The translations under genes and the position numbers were made by a program. From the NCBI GenBank assembly GCA_001949185.1, contig BDGG01000002.1, positions 3,531,826-3,595,825 of the forward strand: DNA of 64,000 nucleotides. Direction: 5' to 3'. Shown here one piece after another: positions 1-12,500 of the stretch; the first letter of the stretch is position 1; every line of letters starts with the position of its first letter. Source of the stretch: Ramazzottius varieornatus (Eukaryota; Animalia; Tardigrada). A model generated the notes under the pieces. It made no database searches. It was not told the DNA's origin and worked only from the letters and a program-made list of their open reading frames with translations.

Positions 1-3000
1 CGATCATGTAGAGCTGGTGCTCTAACTTGTCCAGTTTTTCCAGTTTGGCCAGGTGGCGCTTCAATTCGTTTGTCTCCTCGACCATCTTTGCCAAAGCCTC
101 CTCCATCTTTTTATTCAATTGCGGAGTGGTATCTTCCAGTTTGTCCAATCGATGTTCCGTCGGGGACTTATTCTGCTCCTCTTCCGGGGTAGAGTCCATT
201 CGACCACTCGGCCGACCTCTCTCGACCAGCGCCTTCTTCGCCAACGGAAAGCTCTCCAGGACTTCCTGGAAGTCTTGCTTGGACAGCGTAAACAGCTCGG
301 AATAGGATTGGCTGCGGACGGTCTGTGTGCGGAGTGGGTCGACCTTCGTGAAGCCGCTGAGGAGGCTGACTTCGCCGAAGACGCTACCCTGCGACAGTGA
401 CCCGTAGATCTCGGATCCATCTTCGGAAACAATGTGGAGTATGCCGGTCCGGACAATGTACATTTCGCGGGCCACTTCGCCTTTGCGGAAAACCAAGTCA
501 CCGGGTCCGTAGAAATGGCGCTCGAGTCGCATGATGAATTCTTCCAGGGCTTGCGGCTCGCACCCGCGGAATAGTTTAACCCTCTGCAAGAGCAGCAATT
601 ACTGCGATTTAAGATAGAAGAACGACCGGTGTACGAATTTGGGAGAAATGACAATGTTCTTATCCGACGACCCCACTTCTTCACACGCCGTTACGTGTCG
701 CAAGTGCATCTTCAGCGTGATAAAATAATACAGCAAGAGTTTCAGATTGGTGTAGAAATCGTAATTTTTCTCAGCACTGGACTGCGCTGTTTTTGAACTT
801 GGAGTTTGATTTTAGATGGGTGTGTCACAAGTTTTGGGGTCGAGTGTACCTGAAACGTGTCTTGAAACGAAACTTTTGCGATGGCCAGTCTCAAAATGGG
901 CGGTAAAATTTCTAAGTCGGCCTGTTCATCCGTGAACATTTTCTGTTCCCACACATAGTTAAACCAGGCCCGAACCCTCTTTTGCATGTGCTCATCGACG
1001 TCCCGTAAAGCCATGTACTGCTTCACCGCATCCAAATGATGGCGGTACGCTTCAAGATGTCTGTTCTTGGCAGCCAGGAGATGTTCGGCGATCGCGATGC
1101 CGGCACCCAGGAGGAAGGTCCCTTCCAGTGTGACAAAGATACGTAGGACGCATTCGTACCAGTTGGCGTAGACCAATCCATCAACGTCCTTGGCAAGTAC
1201 TACCAATGCCCACTGGAAACTCCGCAGGTACAGGTTGATAAAGTTGCCTTCTTCCGGTGTGGTGGTGTTGGCGAAGTTCGGGAAGGTCCAAAGATCGAAG
1301 CCGAAGCCTTGCCAATAGTTGAGGGCGTAGTAGGCGCAGCAGTTGAAGTGAATCACAATGATCGAATACAAAACCACCTAAAAAGCACGTAGGGAGGTAA
1401 AGCCTCAAAGACCAGAAGAAAATACTCAAAACAGTATGAAAAAAAGGATTCTGGATCGCTAATCGTAAACTGATCCTCAATGATAACCAGCAGCAAGAAA
1501 ACTCGGTTCGAAAGAAGGAATAGACTGATAATTTAATCTACCTGTTTTATCTCAGCGTCCGGTAAAGATTTTAAAAAGTGTTCAAAGTAGCCGCACCTGA
1601 AGGAAACGAAAGTAGACGGCGTAAGTCGAATGGACGTGGGTGCGTTCAAAGAGTTCCTGGACGCGGTGAAAGCGAAGAAGGCGATTCAAGCGGACTGCGG
1701 CCATGCGGATGCCCCATACGAAGTACAGAAAGTCGGTGGGGATAATGCTGAGAATGTCCAACTTGAACTGGGTGCTGCGGAAATACTGCTTCCGTGATAT
1801 ACGAAGATCTGCGGCCGGAATACCTTTTCGCGGAATACCTGAAAACACCCGAAAAACACGTTGATATGGCATGTTCGCTACGGCTGTGTTCTGAGACTAA
1901 ATCTCATCATATAAAAAAGCTGGCTAAATTATAAACATGGATAAAGCTACGTTACGAGGTTTATTTGATTAGTATGGATTATGGCATATTTGTCTTACTT
2001 TGGCAATTACTTTAACGCTCATGCGGAAATGGCAGTTTTGGAGCCATTTAACCGCATGCAAATGTGTCATGCAACCTTGGGGACTTCCGGTTTACGCGGA
2101 GGACCAACACGCACTGCTTCCGTGTGTATCAGATTAGCTCTAGCCTTTTCTCTCCTTGTATCTCCCATGCAATTCAATAACAGATCGTCTTGGCTTTCAC
2201 AACAGCAGAAAAAGACTCGATCAATAGGCTTGCCAGATTGCTCCGTAATGGAGCAAGTGTTCAATTTCGCATTACTGGTCCTGCCTTCATCAGTGCGCCA
2301 AGCCCTCCCAAATTAGGAGCTGCAGCCAACAACATTTCGAATAGAGACTTCCACCAGAATATAGTGTAGGAAAACATAAAAAAACGTCTGCCTTATCAAC
2401 TCGTTAACTTACAAGGGAACGAAGGCCGGTCCGAGAGTCCAAAACTCTTCCAACTTTTTCCATCGAAAGTACTCGGTCCTGACTACTGTTTCAAGGTAGT
2501 TTCAACTGCCGGTAACAATCTTCTGGCCCAAGAGAAAACTACAAAGGCGTCGAGCCCTCTTGAAACCACTGTGGGACCTCTGTCTTTTCGACGTCTACGC
2601 GGTCTCGCATCGTCGTTCGCATCGCTAGAGACGTGCTTGACGTCTCTAGCAACAAAAATTCATCACATGAACTATTGAACACTTCTGCTGTTTCAGATTA
2701 GCGAAACAAAAATTTTCGCTTCCGTGGAATTTGTCGTGGTGGACCACTCATCGATGGAAAACCGACGAGAACGAAATTTTTTTCGCTAAATTGAAACAGC
2801 AGAAGTGTTCAATAGTTCATCTGATGCATTTTTGTTGCCAGAAACGCGATGTTTTTTGGACGATGCGTGACCGAGCAGACGTCGAAAAGACAGAGGTCCC
2901 ACAGTGGTTTCAAGGGGGCTCGACGCCTTTGTAGTTTTCTCTTGGGCCAGAAGATTGTTACCGGCAGTTGAAACTACCTTGAAACAGTAGTCAGGACCGA

Positions 3001-3502
3001 GTACTTTCGATGGAAAAAGTTGGAAGAGTTTTGGACTCTCAGACCGGCCTTCGTTCCCTTGTTAGACTACAGTACACGAAACAAAAACGGTGCAGCTTGT
3101 CGAACTATACTGTAAAATAACGAGTGATTTAGCTGAAAAATGATGTTTTTCCGAAGGTGAAGGGGACACTTTTCTCGTCGATTCTGGCAAATATATTTTT
3201 CGTTCAGAACTGCGCTTACCTATGAAGAGATGCCACACAATATCACTTAGATATAAGAAGTCACAGGAGTAGTCCAAGGCTAGCCAGAGGACGTCCAGTC
3301 TCGGGTTCCGCAGCTGTTCATATCCCATCCGCGCCGGTACCGCCAGGACGTTGTACATCACCGCCGCTGAGATGATCATCTGCCAGCGGTAGTACGCTTT
3401 CCCGAACGGATCAATGACCACTGGGCAAGCGAACCAGTAACCGAGGTTCTCCATCCACGCACTCTTCCTCCGGCGACTGCCGGATATCATCGTCTCTGCC
3501 AT
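1..3502 (-). CDS. Cyclic nucleotide-gated (CNG-family) cation channel subunit, 3' end beyond the window. Exons 3502-3220, 1838-1597, 1377-850, 583-<1
   Basis: GT-AG junctions join in phase. S1 'VIDPFGKAYYRWQMIIS'; S3 'FKLDILSIIPTDFLY'; S4 'VRLNRLLRFHRV'; C-linker 'LDAVKQYM…MQKRVRAWFNYVW…LPPILRLAIA'; CNBD 'VKLFRGCEPQ…YGPGDLVFRKGEVAREMYIV…FGEVSLL…RTQTVRS…ELFTLSKQDF'; followed by a coiled-coil tail. Confidence 0.92.
2412..3061. mobile_element. Foldback/MITE (~650 bp) in CNG intron 1, PIF/Harbinger (Tourist)-like
   Basis: About 185 bp of near-perfect terminal inverted repeat (CAAGGGAACGAAGGCCGG… / …CCGGCCTTCGTTCCCTTG), continuing imperfectly toward the centre (~2740). Flanked by TTA at 2409-2411 and 3062-3064. 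Confidence 0.85.
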
Positions 3503-4895
3503 CTTTTTCTTGGGAATCGATGTCGAAAAATAAACCCAAAGGTCAGCTTTGCAGTGACAACATCTCATTCAGAAGAATGATCATTCGTTATTACTGCGTT
3601 CACGGAAGGAAGAAAGGCGAATGTTGGGTAGAGTACAGACTAGAGAAGAAACGAAAGACAGCAGGTCCTCGTCAGGAAGAGATCAGTATAAGAAATGCGA
3701 GATTGATGATGGCAGGGTGTAAACTCGAAGGTCTATCAGGAGCTAATTCACATGCAATAACAGACTATTGCAAAAGGAGCTCCCGCGAGCAGCCGGCGTT
3801 ACGGTCCATACATCCTACTGGACGAGATTAAGGAAGCGAGGATTAGATAAAAGGGGTCTGCTTTGCCTTGCGGCACGCAATCTGCCAGCAGTGTGCTGTG
3901 TGTAACAGTGGGGACTCTTACAGTCATTCAAATCGAGCTCTTCCACTCCCCCCACCGTGATGGCCTTTTGTGCACATGACTGAATCAGCTCAGGAAATTA
4001 GCAGCCAGTCAAGCATGCAACCATCGCGGTGATCGTCTAATTGTATCTGGCGTTGAAGGAAGAGAGGAAGGACCTCAACAGCCGGCTGTAGCGCCCCAAG
4101 AACCCCATAAATCTAAGCCATTTCATGCGGACTTGAAGGTCTTCAGCGCCTTCTAGTTAATACTGTTTCAGGTCATGAAACAATCAATGATGCAGGAAGC
4201 ACTCAAAGCTACCCTTCAGGGCTTACTTTCTGGTCTTGTGAAGAACCCTCTGTACGAATTCATGGTCTTGATCAACAGATGGGACGTCAACAACTGCATT
4301 GAACATTATCTTCAGCCCAAGTGGCGCACGCTTCATTTGTTATTGGCTGGAAGTATGCACCACTTGGGAAAACTATCATCTGCCGAAGTCCCAGATGCTA
4401 CCCAGAATCACTGCCGTTGCGAATGAGACGAAGATTAACGGATCGAATTTATATTTCGAAAAAAGTGACATCATTGTCGATGATCTTAAAACAAGAAACG
4501 CAAGATAAGTTAAGGTAATAAGTTACACCACAAAGACAGAAAGCAAAATATCAATAATAAACACGAAAAAAACCAGTTCGAGTGGAAAATCCAAGCGATC
4601 GAGAGAGTGATGAATGACGGGAAATATTTGGCTGAGCGCTGAAAATTTGGTCCTTCGATCGGATAGAACAGATTACGGAAAAGTAATACTGAATATCGAC
4701 AGGCATCCTGGAGTGATAAATAATGAGGCTGGTTTGGCTTATTGCGACTTGTGCAAGAGAGAGAGAATACATTTTGTTGAGGAATACGAGTCCAGACTTG
4801 TGAGTAGAAGTTTCTTGGAGCAAACCGAGGTAAGCGATACGGCGAGTACTAGGTGAGAAGAGTTTGTGGATGAGGGTTGTGGGTGAAGGGAGAAC

Positions 4896-7800
4896 TCAAT
4901 CGAAGGACGGCATGTATTCCGCCTTGTCCCAGTCTTGCAGTTTCCCGTGGATCAGGCTGGACTTGAGCCAGTTGTCGCTAACGATCGTCACGCCACCTTC
5001 CGCTTCTGCTGCGTCTCGAATACTGTGTGGACAGGAGCTTTCGAGGGCTACCACGATGTCGACGTTTGCCATTTCTGCAAAAGATGGTAAACTGGTCCAA
5101 AGTGGTCTTTTCTCCCACGTTCTTTGATTAATTTCAAAAGCCCGTCGTTGCCCGATTGATCGGGTGAAGAGACAGTGTTTTTTTGTGCTGACAGACATTG
5201 CTCACCTTCAGTCATGTGTTCGATGTCCAAAGTGGTCACAGCTACACCACCGGCCTTCAAAGCTAAGTACCAACTAGCAACGGACGGAGCATCCTCGCCG
5301 TACAAGCTGATGCGCCGATCGCCGAACATGTTCTCTCTTGGATGCCTGGAATGAAAGAGCAACGATGAGGAACCACCCAAGTGAATCGTAAACTTCCTGG
5401 AGAAACCATCAGAAATGGTGCCAATTTCCTTACCATAAAATCACTTGGTCGTCTTCAAATCCAGCCGGAAGGAGGTACGGTCCATACTCACGCTTTTCCT
5501 TGGCTGTGTACGAGTCGATCACCCACTGATACGACACACAAGGAATATCCGCCGCTAAGCACTGGAAGTAGATGGAAGTCGAGCAGGTACAGGAAGCTAC
5601 CAAGACCTTCTCTCCAGCAAACTACAGAGAAAGACATTCGTACAATTCTGTTTCGCTGGAAAAGTTCCATAGTACGAAGTACTTACGCTGATGAGGTCCG
5701 AAATGGAGTCAGCGACGACGCCACCCGCTGACTGGATCAGTGTAATCATCTGCTCGTCCTCCGCCCGACTCTTCTGCCACGTGACGGTGAAGCAGACGCC
5801 GCGGAAGATGTCGGTGTCATCTACGGAGGACACAGTGGCCTGTGAGACGATTCGCGAACCTCCCTTCTTCATCACAACCGACTCTGGCACTGGCGACCTC
5901 GAAGCCAGCAGTTCCATTTGTCGCTTACTGCCAATGTCGCCGTCCAGCACTAACGGCGCGTTCGCATCCATCACCACGATTAGGTCCTCTAAAGGACATC
6001 TGTAAACAATTAAACATAACCACACATCTCCCAAACCTTCAAGAACGAACCAGCAGAGCCGAGAAAGCAATGTAAAACGGAGAACAGGCAATCATCAATA
6101 GAAACCAGGGTACTATGATGGTCCATCAACTGACCAAGTTCCCTGCTTTCTATTATAGACGACCCATACTTAGCATATGGGTCGACAGCGCGAAAGAAAG
6201 TTCCTCGGAAGTAGGGGCGTACCTGATACTATCGCCACGAGTGCTGTCTCCTCGATGCGTGAAGACCTTATATGATCCATCCCTATTGGCTTCCAAGAGA
6301 TTACAGGCATAATAGTCAAACGTCTGGCCGTTTCTCAGTCTGACCATCAGCGAGGTCTTCGAGTTTTGCGTCAATGCCTCACTCAACATCATTACGTCCC
6401 CAGCACTGATATACGAGCTGAAGTTATCGTGAAGCCAAGCCACTACACAGCCACTGCCCGTCCTCTCCACCACTTCGCCCGGGAACATGACACCTTCCTG
6501 AAGTTTGGCAAAGACCAGCGTCTTGGGCGGCGGGACGCTGGCCGTGTTGATTGCCGTACCCAGTGTGGCTAACCCGTCATTGGCGTACAGAAGACTATCA
6601 GCCATGGCCTGCATATTGCTGCACTTGCGCTTGTTCACGCCCATCTGTTCCAGAATGTCATCGATGGGGCGCTTGATCAGACCGTTACCCATGCGACTCT
6701 CGACGTAGTTGAGCTCGACCGGTGGGACGAAGAGGCTGGACTTGACGTTCTTGGCCAGGTCGTCGTCTTCGTGGGAGTCAGCGTCGGAAGGGGTGGCGGC
6801 ACCGTTCAAGCCGGGTTCAGGAGAGCAACTGGAGGTGGCACCAATGGGCCCGTAACCCGGAAGTTCGCGTTTGATGGGGTTACTTTTGCGCTTATTGCTC
6901 TTCTGCGTGAAGTTACCGTTCAGTCCATTCATCGCGCCTAAAATAATTCCACCACTCCAGCTTATTATCAAGTTTACTTTCTCCTAACTTAGTTTCGACT
7001 CATCTTCTCCCAATAAGAAGGCCGGCAAACGAATCGCGCAAGATTTTCATCCCATGTGGCGCATTCTCAGCCGATGACTACGAAAACATGCTCCGCTTGA
7101 TATAACGGATTCGTCTCGTTTGCCGACCTTCCACTTTCAAAGACAATTTATTTGGGTCTATTCCTAGAAGGCGAAAGATGGCGCTCGATTGCGTACCGTT
7201 CATGTCGATGCCGTTGCTGTGCTGGATGACTGAAGGTTTGTATGGCGAAGGACTGGGCGACTTGGATGTCAAAAGAGTCTGCAAGGCCGAGTTGGGCCCT
7301 GTGGGAACGGAGCGCTTGATGGGAAGAAGGGACGGTGAGTCGGGTGATTCTTCCTTGAGTCGTGGCGATGGTGAATGCCAGGACATGGTGGTCCTGTCGA
7401 AGGAGACTTGCGGAGTGCGCATGCGAGCTGGGACCGCGGTGGATCGAGGACGCTTGGCGGCCTGTGTGGCTTGCTGGGCGGCCATGAGGGACGCTGAGTT
7501 GGGACTGGCAGACTGATGAGAAGGTCGGCCGTGACCATTCTGTTGCGACGGATGGAGAGTTCCGTTGTATGGGCCGTGGCTCACACGGGAAGACGGCGTC
7601 GAACTGGATACCGCGGAACTTTCATCCTACAAACCCACAATACTCTGTTAATCAACTATGGACCATATAAATAGAAACCATGGTAGAGCCATGGTTGGTC
7701 AACAGGCCGATCATTTCGCTTTTTACTTCAGGACCGACATACTTAGCGACAGGTTCGCAGAAAAATTTGCAGAAAACTCGGCTTGATGATTTTGACTTAC

Positions 7801-9548
7801 GCGGTCTTCCTGGTCGATGCCCGTCAAATCCACGAAAGGCACTTGTCCAACGGAGAACAGCTGGTGGACCAACTGCATGATCATTCCGACATACTTCTTG
7901 TTCTTTGCCTTCAGCTTCTGTACTTCGCCACCATACTGATCACCATCACCTCTCGAGCTCATTCTTCTATGTCCATTCATACCCGAACTGCTACCGTTCG
8001 CTCCAGTCATTTTCCCACCTTGTCCTCTCCCCAGGTCCAGTGGTTGCTCCAGCCCTTGCCTGGACTGAGCCGGAAGTAGGGATTTTAGGATGCTCTGATT
8101 TTCTGCCTTCAGTTCGATCTTTTTAGGTGGTGGGTGTGCTTGTGACTGGAAGGGAAAAGCCTTGGAGTCGATGGAGATGGGACTGGGTAGCGGAGAGTTG
8201 CTCATGAACTCGCTCACGTAGTTGACACGCGGCGAGTGGTTGTCCACGTCCAGCGGACCGAACATACTGGCCATGCTAACCATGGAGTCATTGGCTGCAC
8301 GACTGCTGGGACTGGGGCGTTTCTCTGCCTTGCCTTTCTTCTTCTTGGAAGAGTCGGCCTTGGCCGGACTGACGTGGGGACCTGGGTGTTCTTCCTTGAC
8401 GTACTCGGGACCTTCCGTGATCGGGTAGGTCTCCGTTAGTCTAAAAAGCAAAGTCCTGTCAAATCGTGTAGCTCTGTATCAGTCCTATGACATTTTTCCA
8501 TCCAAGCTCCGAATATCAATGAACCAGCTATTATTACCATGTCCACTTCGAGACTTTTTCTGCGATCGTTCTTCTAAGTAGCGCACCCCTCCAGGCAATA
8601 ACACCGGCAATGTGCGCGACTTGGAAGAACGATCTTGCCCAGTTTGTTTACCGTGCTCCCAGCTGTTCACACCTGAAAGATTTCAGTCTTACCTCGGGTT
8701 GAGGTACTTAAAGTCGTTGGCAGACAAACTGGACTTGAAAGCGTGAGCGATGAGGGTGAGGTCGTTGTGGTATCGTCGGCACAGAAACGTCAGCTGGTTC
8801 ATGCTGAGTTTCTCCTTGGCTTGCTCGGGAGGAATATTCGGGAAGTCCCGGTCATTCCACCTGGAAATGGCGGTCACCGCCACCTGGAAGTCTTTGTGAA
8901 GCAGCTTGCAGATGGTCATGACACCACGATCGTGGTTTCCGAAACTAGCTGGATCCTGAAAAGAAATTCGGTCAGAAAACGATAGTTCGGCAAACAAACT
9001 CAACAAGACTGCTATACCACGTGGCGCACACATGCGGTACTGTCAGCTGGAAATGCGCGTCACTTGGTACGCAGATTTGTGCAGATTCTTTGCCTATGCA
9101 CCAAATATTCGGAGAAATGACGAAAATCTATCTTTATTCTCACTCGTTCTTTGAGAATGCTTCCTAGCAGCTTCTTCCAGTAGGATACGATCTTCTGGCA
9201 TGCGCCGGACTTTTTGGACAGGCGAAGGCATCCTGGTGGGTCGAACTCGACGTTAGCCCAGTTGTCCAAGGCCGCGCTCATCTCGTCCAGTCCGCCTTGA
9301 CCGAACTGACTTCCGGTCACCGACAGCTCGGCTTCCTTGGTGGCCATAAACAGCGTCTGTCGGTAGAGCTGCAGCAAGTCTGGAATAAGTAAATTCGATG
9401 ACGCGCTTCCACGACCTCCAGATGACGACCCTACACAAAACGAAGTAGTTTGAAGTTAAGAGTTCGACGGTAAGATACACAAAAGGAAGCAGATGGCGTT
9501 GTGATCGATTTCACAACTCACACAGAACTAGGCCCAAACTCTCACCAT
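4896..9548 (-). CDS. TP53BP1: 53BP1-like DNA-damage mediator (tandem Tudor plus C-terminal tandem BRCT), multi-exon, 5' end tentative
   Basis: Tudor-like 'LVFAKLQEGVMFPGEVV…VVAWLHDNFSSYISAGDV' (~6520-6390). The BRCT exons read 'IFRGVCFTVT…LIQSAGGVV…YFQCLAADIPCVSYQWVIDS…YLLPAGF…W-HPRENMF…WYLALKAGG…VVALESSCPHSI…IVSDNWLKSSLIHG', matching 53BP1 'YFLCLASGIPCVSHVWVHDS…YLLPAGY…WQPRENPF…VVTDPSCPASV…VVSQEWVIQCLIVG'. Tentative start: ATG|gtgag at 9548 spliced to 9368. Confidence 0.85.
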
Positions 9549-12500
9549 TGCCAAAACTGGAAGCTTCGCAAACACAGATTCGATCGGATTGCTTTCCCCC
9601 AAGTAGCGCACGTTTTAAGCGTTATTGGCTGAAAGCGTGCGCCACTCGGAAAAGAACGATCTTCTCGAGTCTGCTTGACTAGGCCCCGAACATCGAAAAT
9701 TTTATGAAGCCAATCTTTCACATGGAATCCTGTCCTAAACTGTATCGTATTATTTTGCCTAGGTTTTATTCAGTTTGACATTTGCGCGCCAGAGTCTTCT
9801 TGTCTACTTGTCTACCGGATACCGTGAGTTCCCACGCGGCTACGCCCAACATGCATGTGCTACCGTACCTGCGTCGGTCTAGTCACGTACTGCACACCGG
9901 TCAGCAATGTTTGCTTTCACGGCTTTCTCTCAAAGAATACACAGAACATGTGCCACATGCTATGATGGAGTGGACCATGGTCAACCGACGAGCGTGCTAC
10001 GCTCGTCTTCCAGCTATCAAACCGTTATCTCTCCATCGGAAAGAGCTAGGGCAGCATAACCCTTGAATTTGCGCTTGACAACTGCGAGGCTGCGAGCAGT
10101 CTCTCTTTGTACGCTGACCAGTCTTCCAAGCATTCACTGTTCCTCAGACCGTTACATATTACGCGAGGTTATGTCACGCAGTCTGCCTGCAGCGCCCTTC
10201 AAACCTCAGGTTTCAAGTACATACTACAACTCAAAATGTTCACGGCTCGACTACTTTTCGAAGAAAAACCAGGACAGAATTCGGACCAATGTTCGAAGCA
10301 AATTTCGGAAAAAAATGAAAAGGTTCGGAGACTGGCTAGTGGATAGTCGTTCTAGGACTTGCGAACCGTTTGCCATTGAGGTAATGAATGTTTTGTACGG
10401 GAGTAACAGTCTGGAGAGTAATGGACAATTATCCTGAGGACCACTGTAATTAATGTCCCAGCTGAGAAAGTCGACACGGTGACCGGTGAAAGCTTTCGTG
10501 CAGGATGATTAAATTGACGGTTGGGCTGCTCGGAGAAGCTGTGGAAGGGCCAGCTACAGAAGGGGGGATTAGCGTGGCACGAAGGCTGTGAGCGCAAAGT
10601 GAGAATCCAAACAAGGGTTTACTTCGGTGACCCAGAGGCTAAATCGATGGGCCATAACAGCTAGGGCTGACCGTTGAATGTCCACATGGAACGCTGGTGG
10701 TTCAATGCTAACGTTATCTGTGCCGCGCTCGCTCGTCCGACATTGCTTTGGACTTTCTCTCATGGCCGTCAAAAGTATTTACAGTCAGGCTGGATGGTCA
10801 GCCTAGCTAGATCGAGTGGCCGGCCATGCCAGTGTGGCTCCGGCCATGACTACAGCATGCAGCTCAACGACAACAAAGAGACTTCTCAATAATTCTCGGT
10901 GTGCAAGTGCCGCTCCCTTGCCCCTTCTTTCTTCTCATGGCCATCGTCCGGCAGTGAGCCTCAACTTCCACCTTCAACTTGATAGCCTCCGACCTAGCTG
11001 GGCTCAGCCGTTTTGCTGACCATCTGCTGTGTCCAACATCTGACTAGCTCGGACGTCTGCTGGCTGCAAACATCCACTTACAAACCATGCGCCTAGAGTT
11101 CACGCATAGAATACGGGATCATGAAGCGCCCAAAAGACCACATCGCCCTTAGCAAAAGATTTGGCAAATAATCTGAGCACTATATCGAAACCCCGTCTAA
11201 ATTATTTACTGTCTAGCACTAGGTCCTCCGCAAAACATTTCTAGACAGAGACTTTGCTCATACTTGTGAAGAAAACAGGAAGAGTGGTTGTCCGGATAGC
11301 GGATATTAGACCGCAAATTAGCAGCCAAATTTCATAACGTTGCAACAAGCTAGTAACCGTACATTTTTGATATACTGCAGGCATGTTTTTAAAACTATGG
11401 TGGCAGCACGTGGTAATGGGCGGAAATGTTTGGTTTATTGTCCCAAACAGATCAAAAGCCGTGAAAACAACCGACGATGGTCCCATTACCACTTCGGACT
11501 GCGTTAAAATTAAAGAACCAGGCTCGCAAAAAACAACTAAAATTTCGAAAAAAGGTTCCGATATCCTACCTTGAGAATCCATGTTGGCCCCGCTATCCGA
11601 CCCCGACTCTTTGTTATTAGCTCGCGACATTGCAACGGTAAATCTCAAACTGACATGCACAACCCGAGCTACACTTGATGGCGAGTTTCCGAGAATCTAG
11701 CCAGTGCGGAGAAAGGAAAACTTGGTAAACAACATGGACGAAGAGTGGAACTGGTTGGCGATCGAAACATGTGCGCTAGCCGACCAAAGGCGATATTGAA
11801 CTAGCTGCCGTGGCTCAAAGGGCTAGCTGCCTATCCGTATTCCGTACTACCCAGCCTCAGTTCCTTCTGACTGGCCTACTTGTGGTGTGGAGCCTCGTTT
11901 CCTTGCCTGCTTGCATGCAGAAGGAGGCCGGACACTGTCCATCTCTGTTGTACAGTGTACGTTCACGTCCATTCTATTCCGATCTGTTGAGTGTGCAGCA
12001 AAGACTCGTGGGCTTGTGCATGAGAACATGCACTGTCTATGATCATCGACCACTTCCATGGCTGAACTTGAAGCTAGCAGCTGTTGGAAGTTGGCCTCTC
12101 TATAACCAGCTTTCCTTCCAGCGGTCAACGTGGATAAGATAGCATGGCCGAAGGAAAAGCTTCTGATTCAAGTCTGACCGGTGCCAAGAAAAAGAAGAGA
12201 ACGCCATCGGCTTCCTTGTTCTGCTCAGGTTCGATATCCTTCGCATGGAGAGAATGCGTCAGTTCGGTGGCGGAAGAGAGAATGAGAAAAGAAATGGGGC
12301 TGCTCCAGCCGAAGACCCGGATATGATCAGGACAACACCACTAGCATGGAAACCGGGTTAAGAAGCCTAAGAACCAAGATTGTTCTCTATTCGGGCTACG
12401 GGGCAAGAATGTAAATGACTGGAAAGTCTGCTTTTGATCTGACATTCGCTCGAGTTTGCAATAAGCTCATACTGCATTACGAGTACTTGCAGTATGAATA

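Noticed and set aside
27-684. ORFs 27..305, 53..400 and 115..684
   Set aside because: Antisense or off-frame shadows of the CNG CNBD exon, whose true frame begins at the acceptor at 583.
4060-4430. Possible plus-strand gene fragment (MKQSMMQEALKATL…)
   Set aside because: Short, no recognisable homology, and it runs into a palindrome copy.
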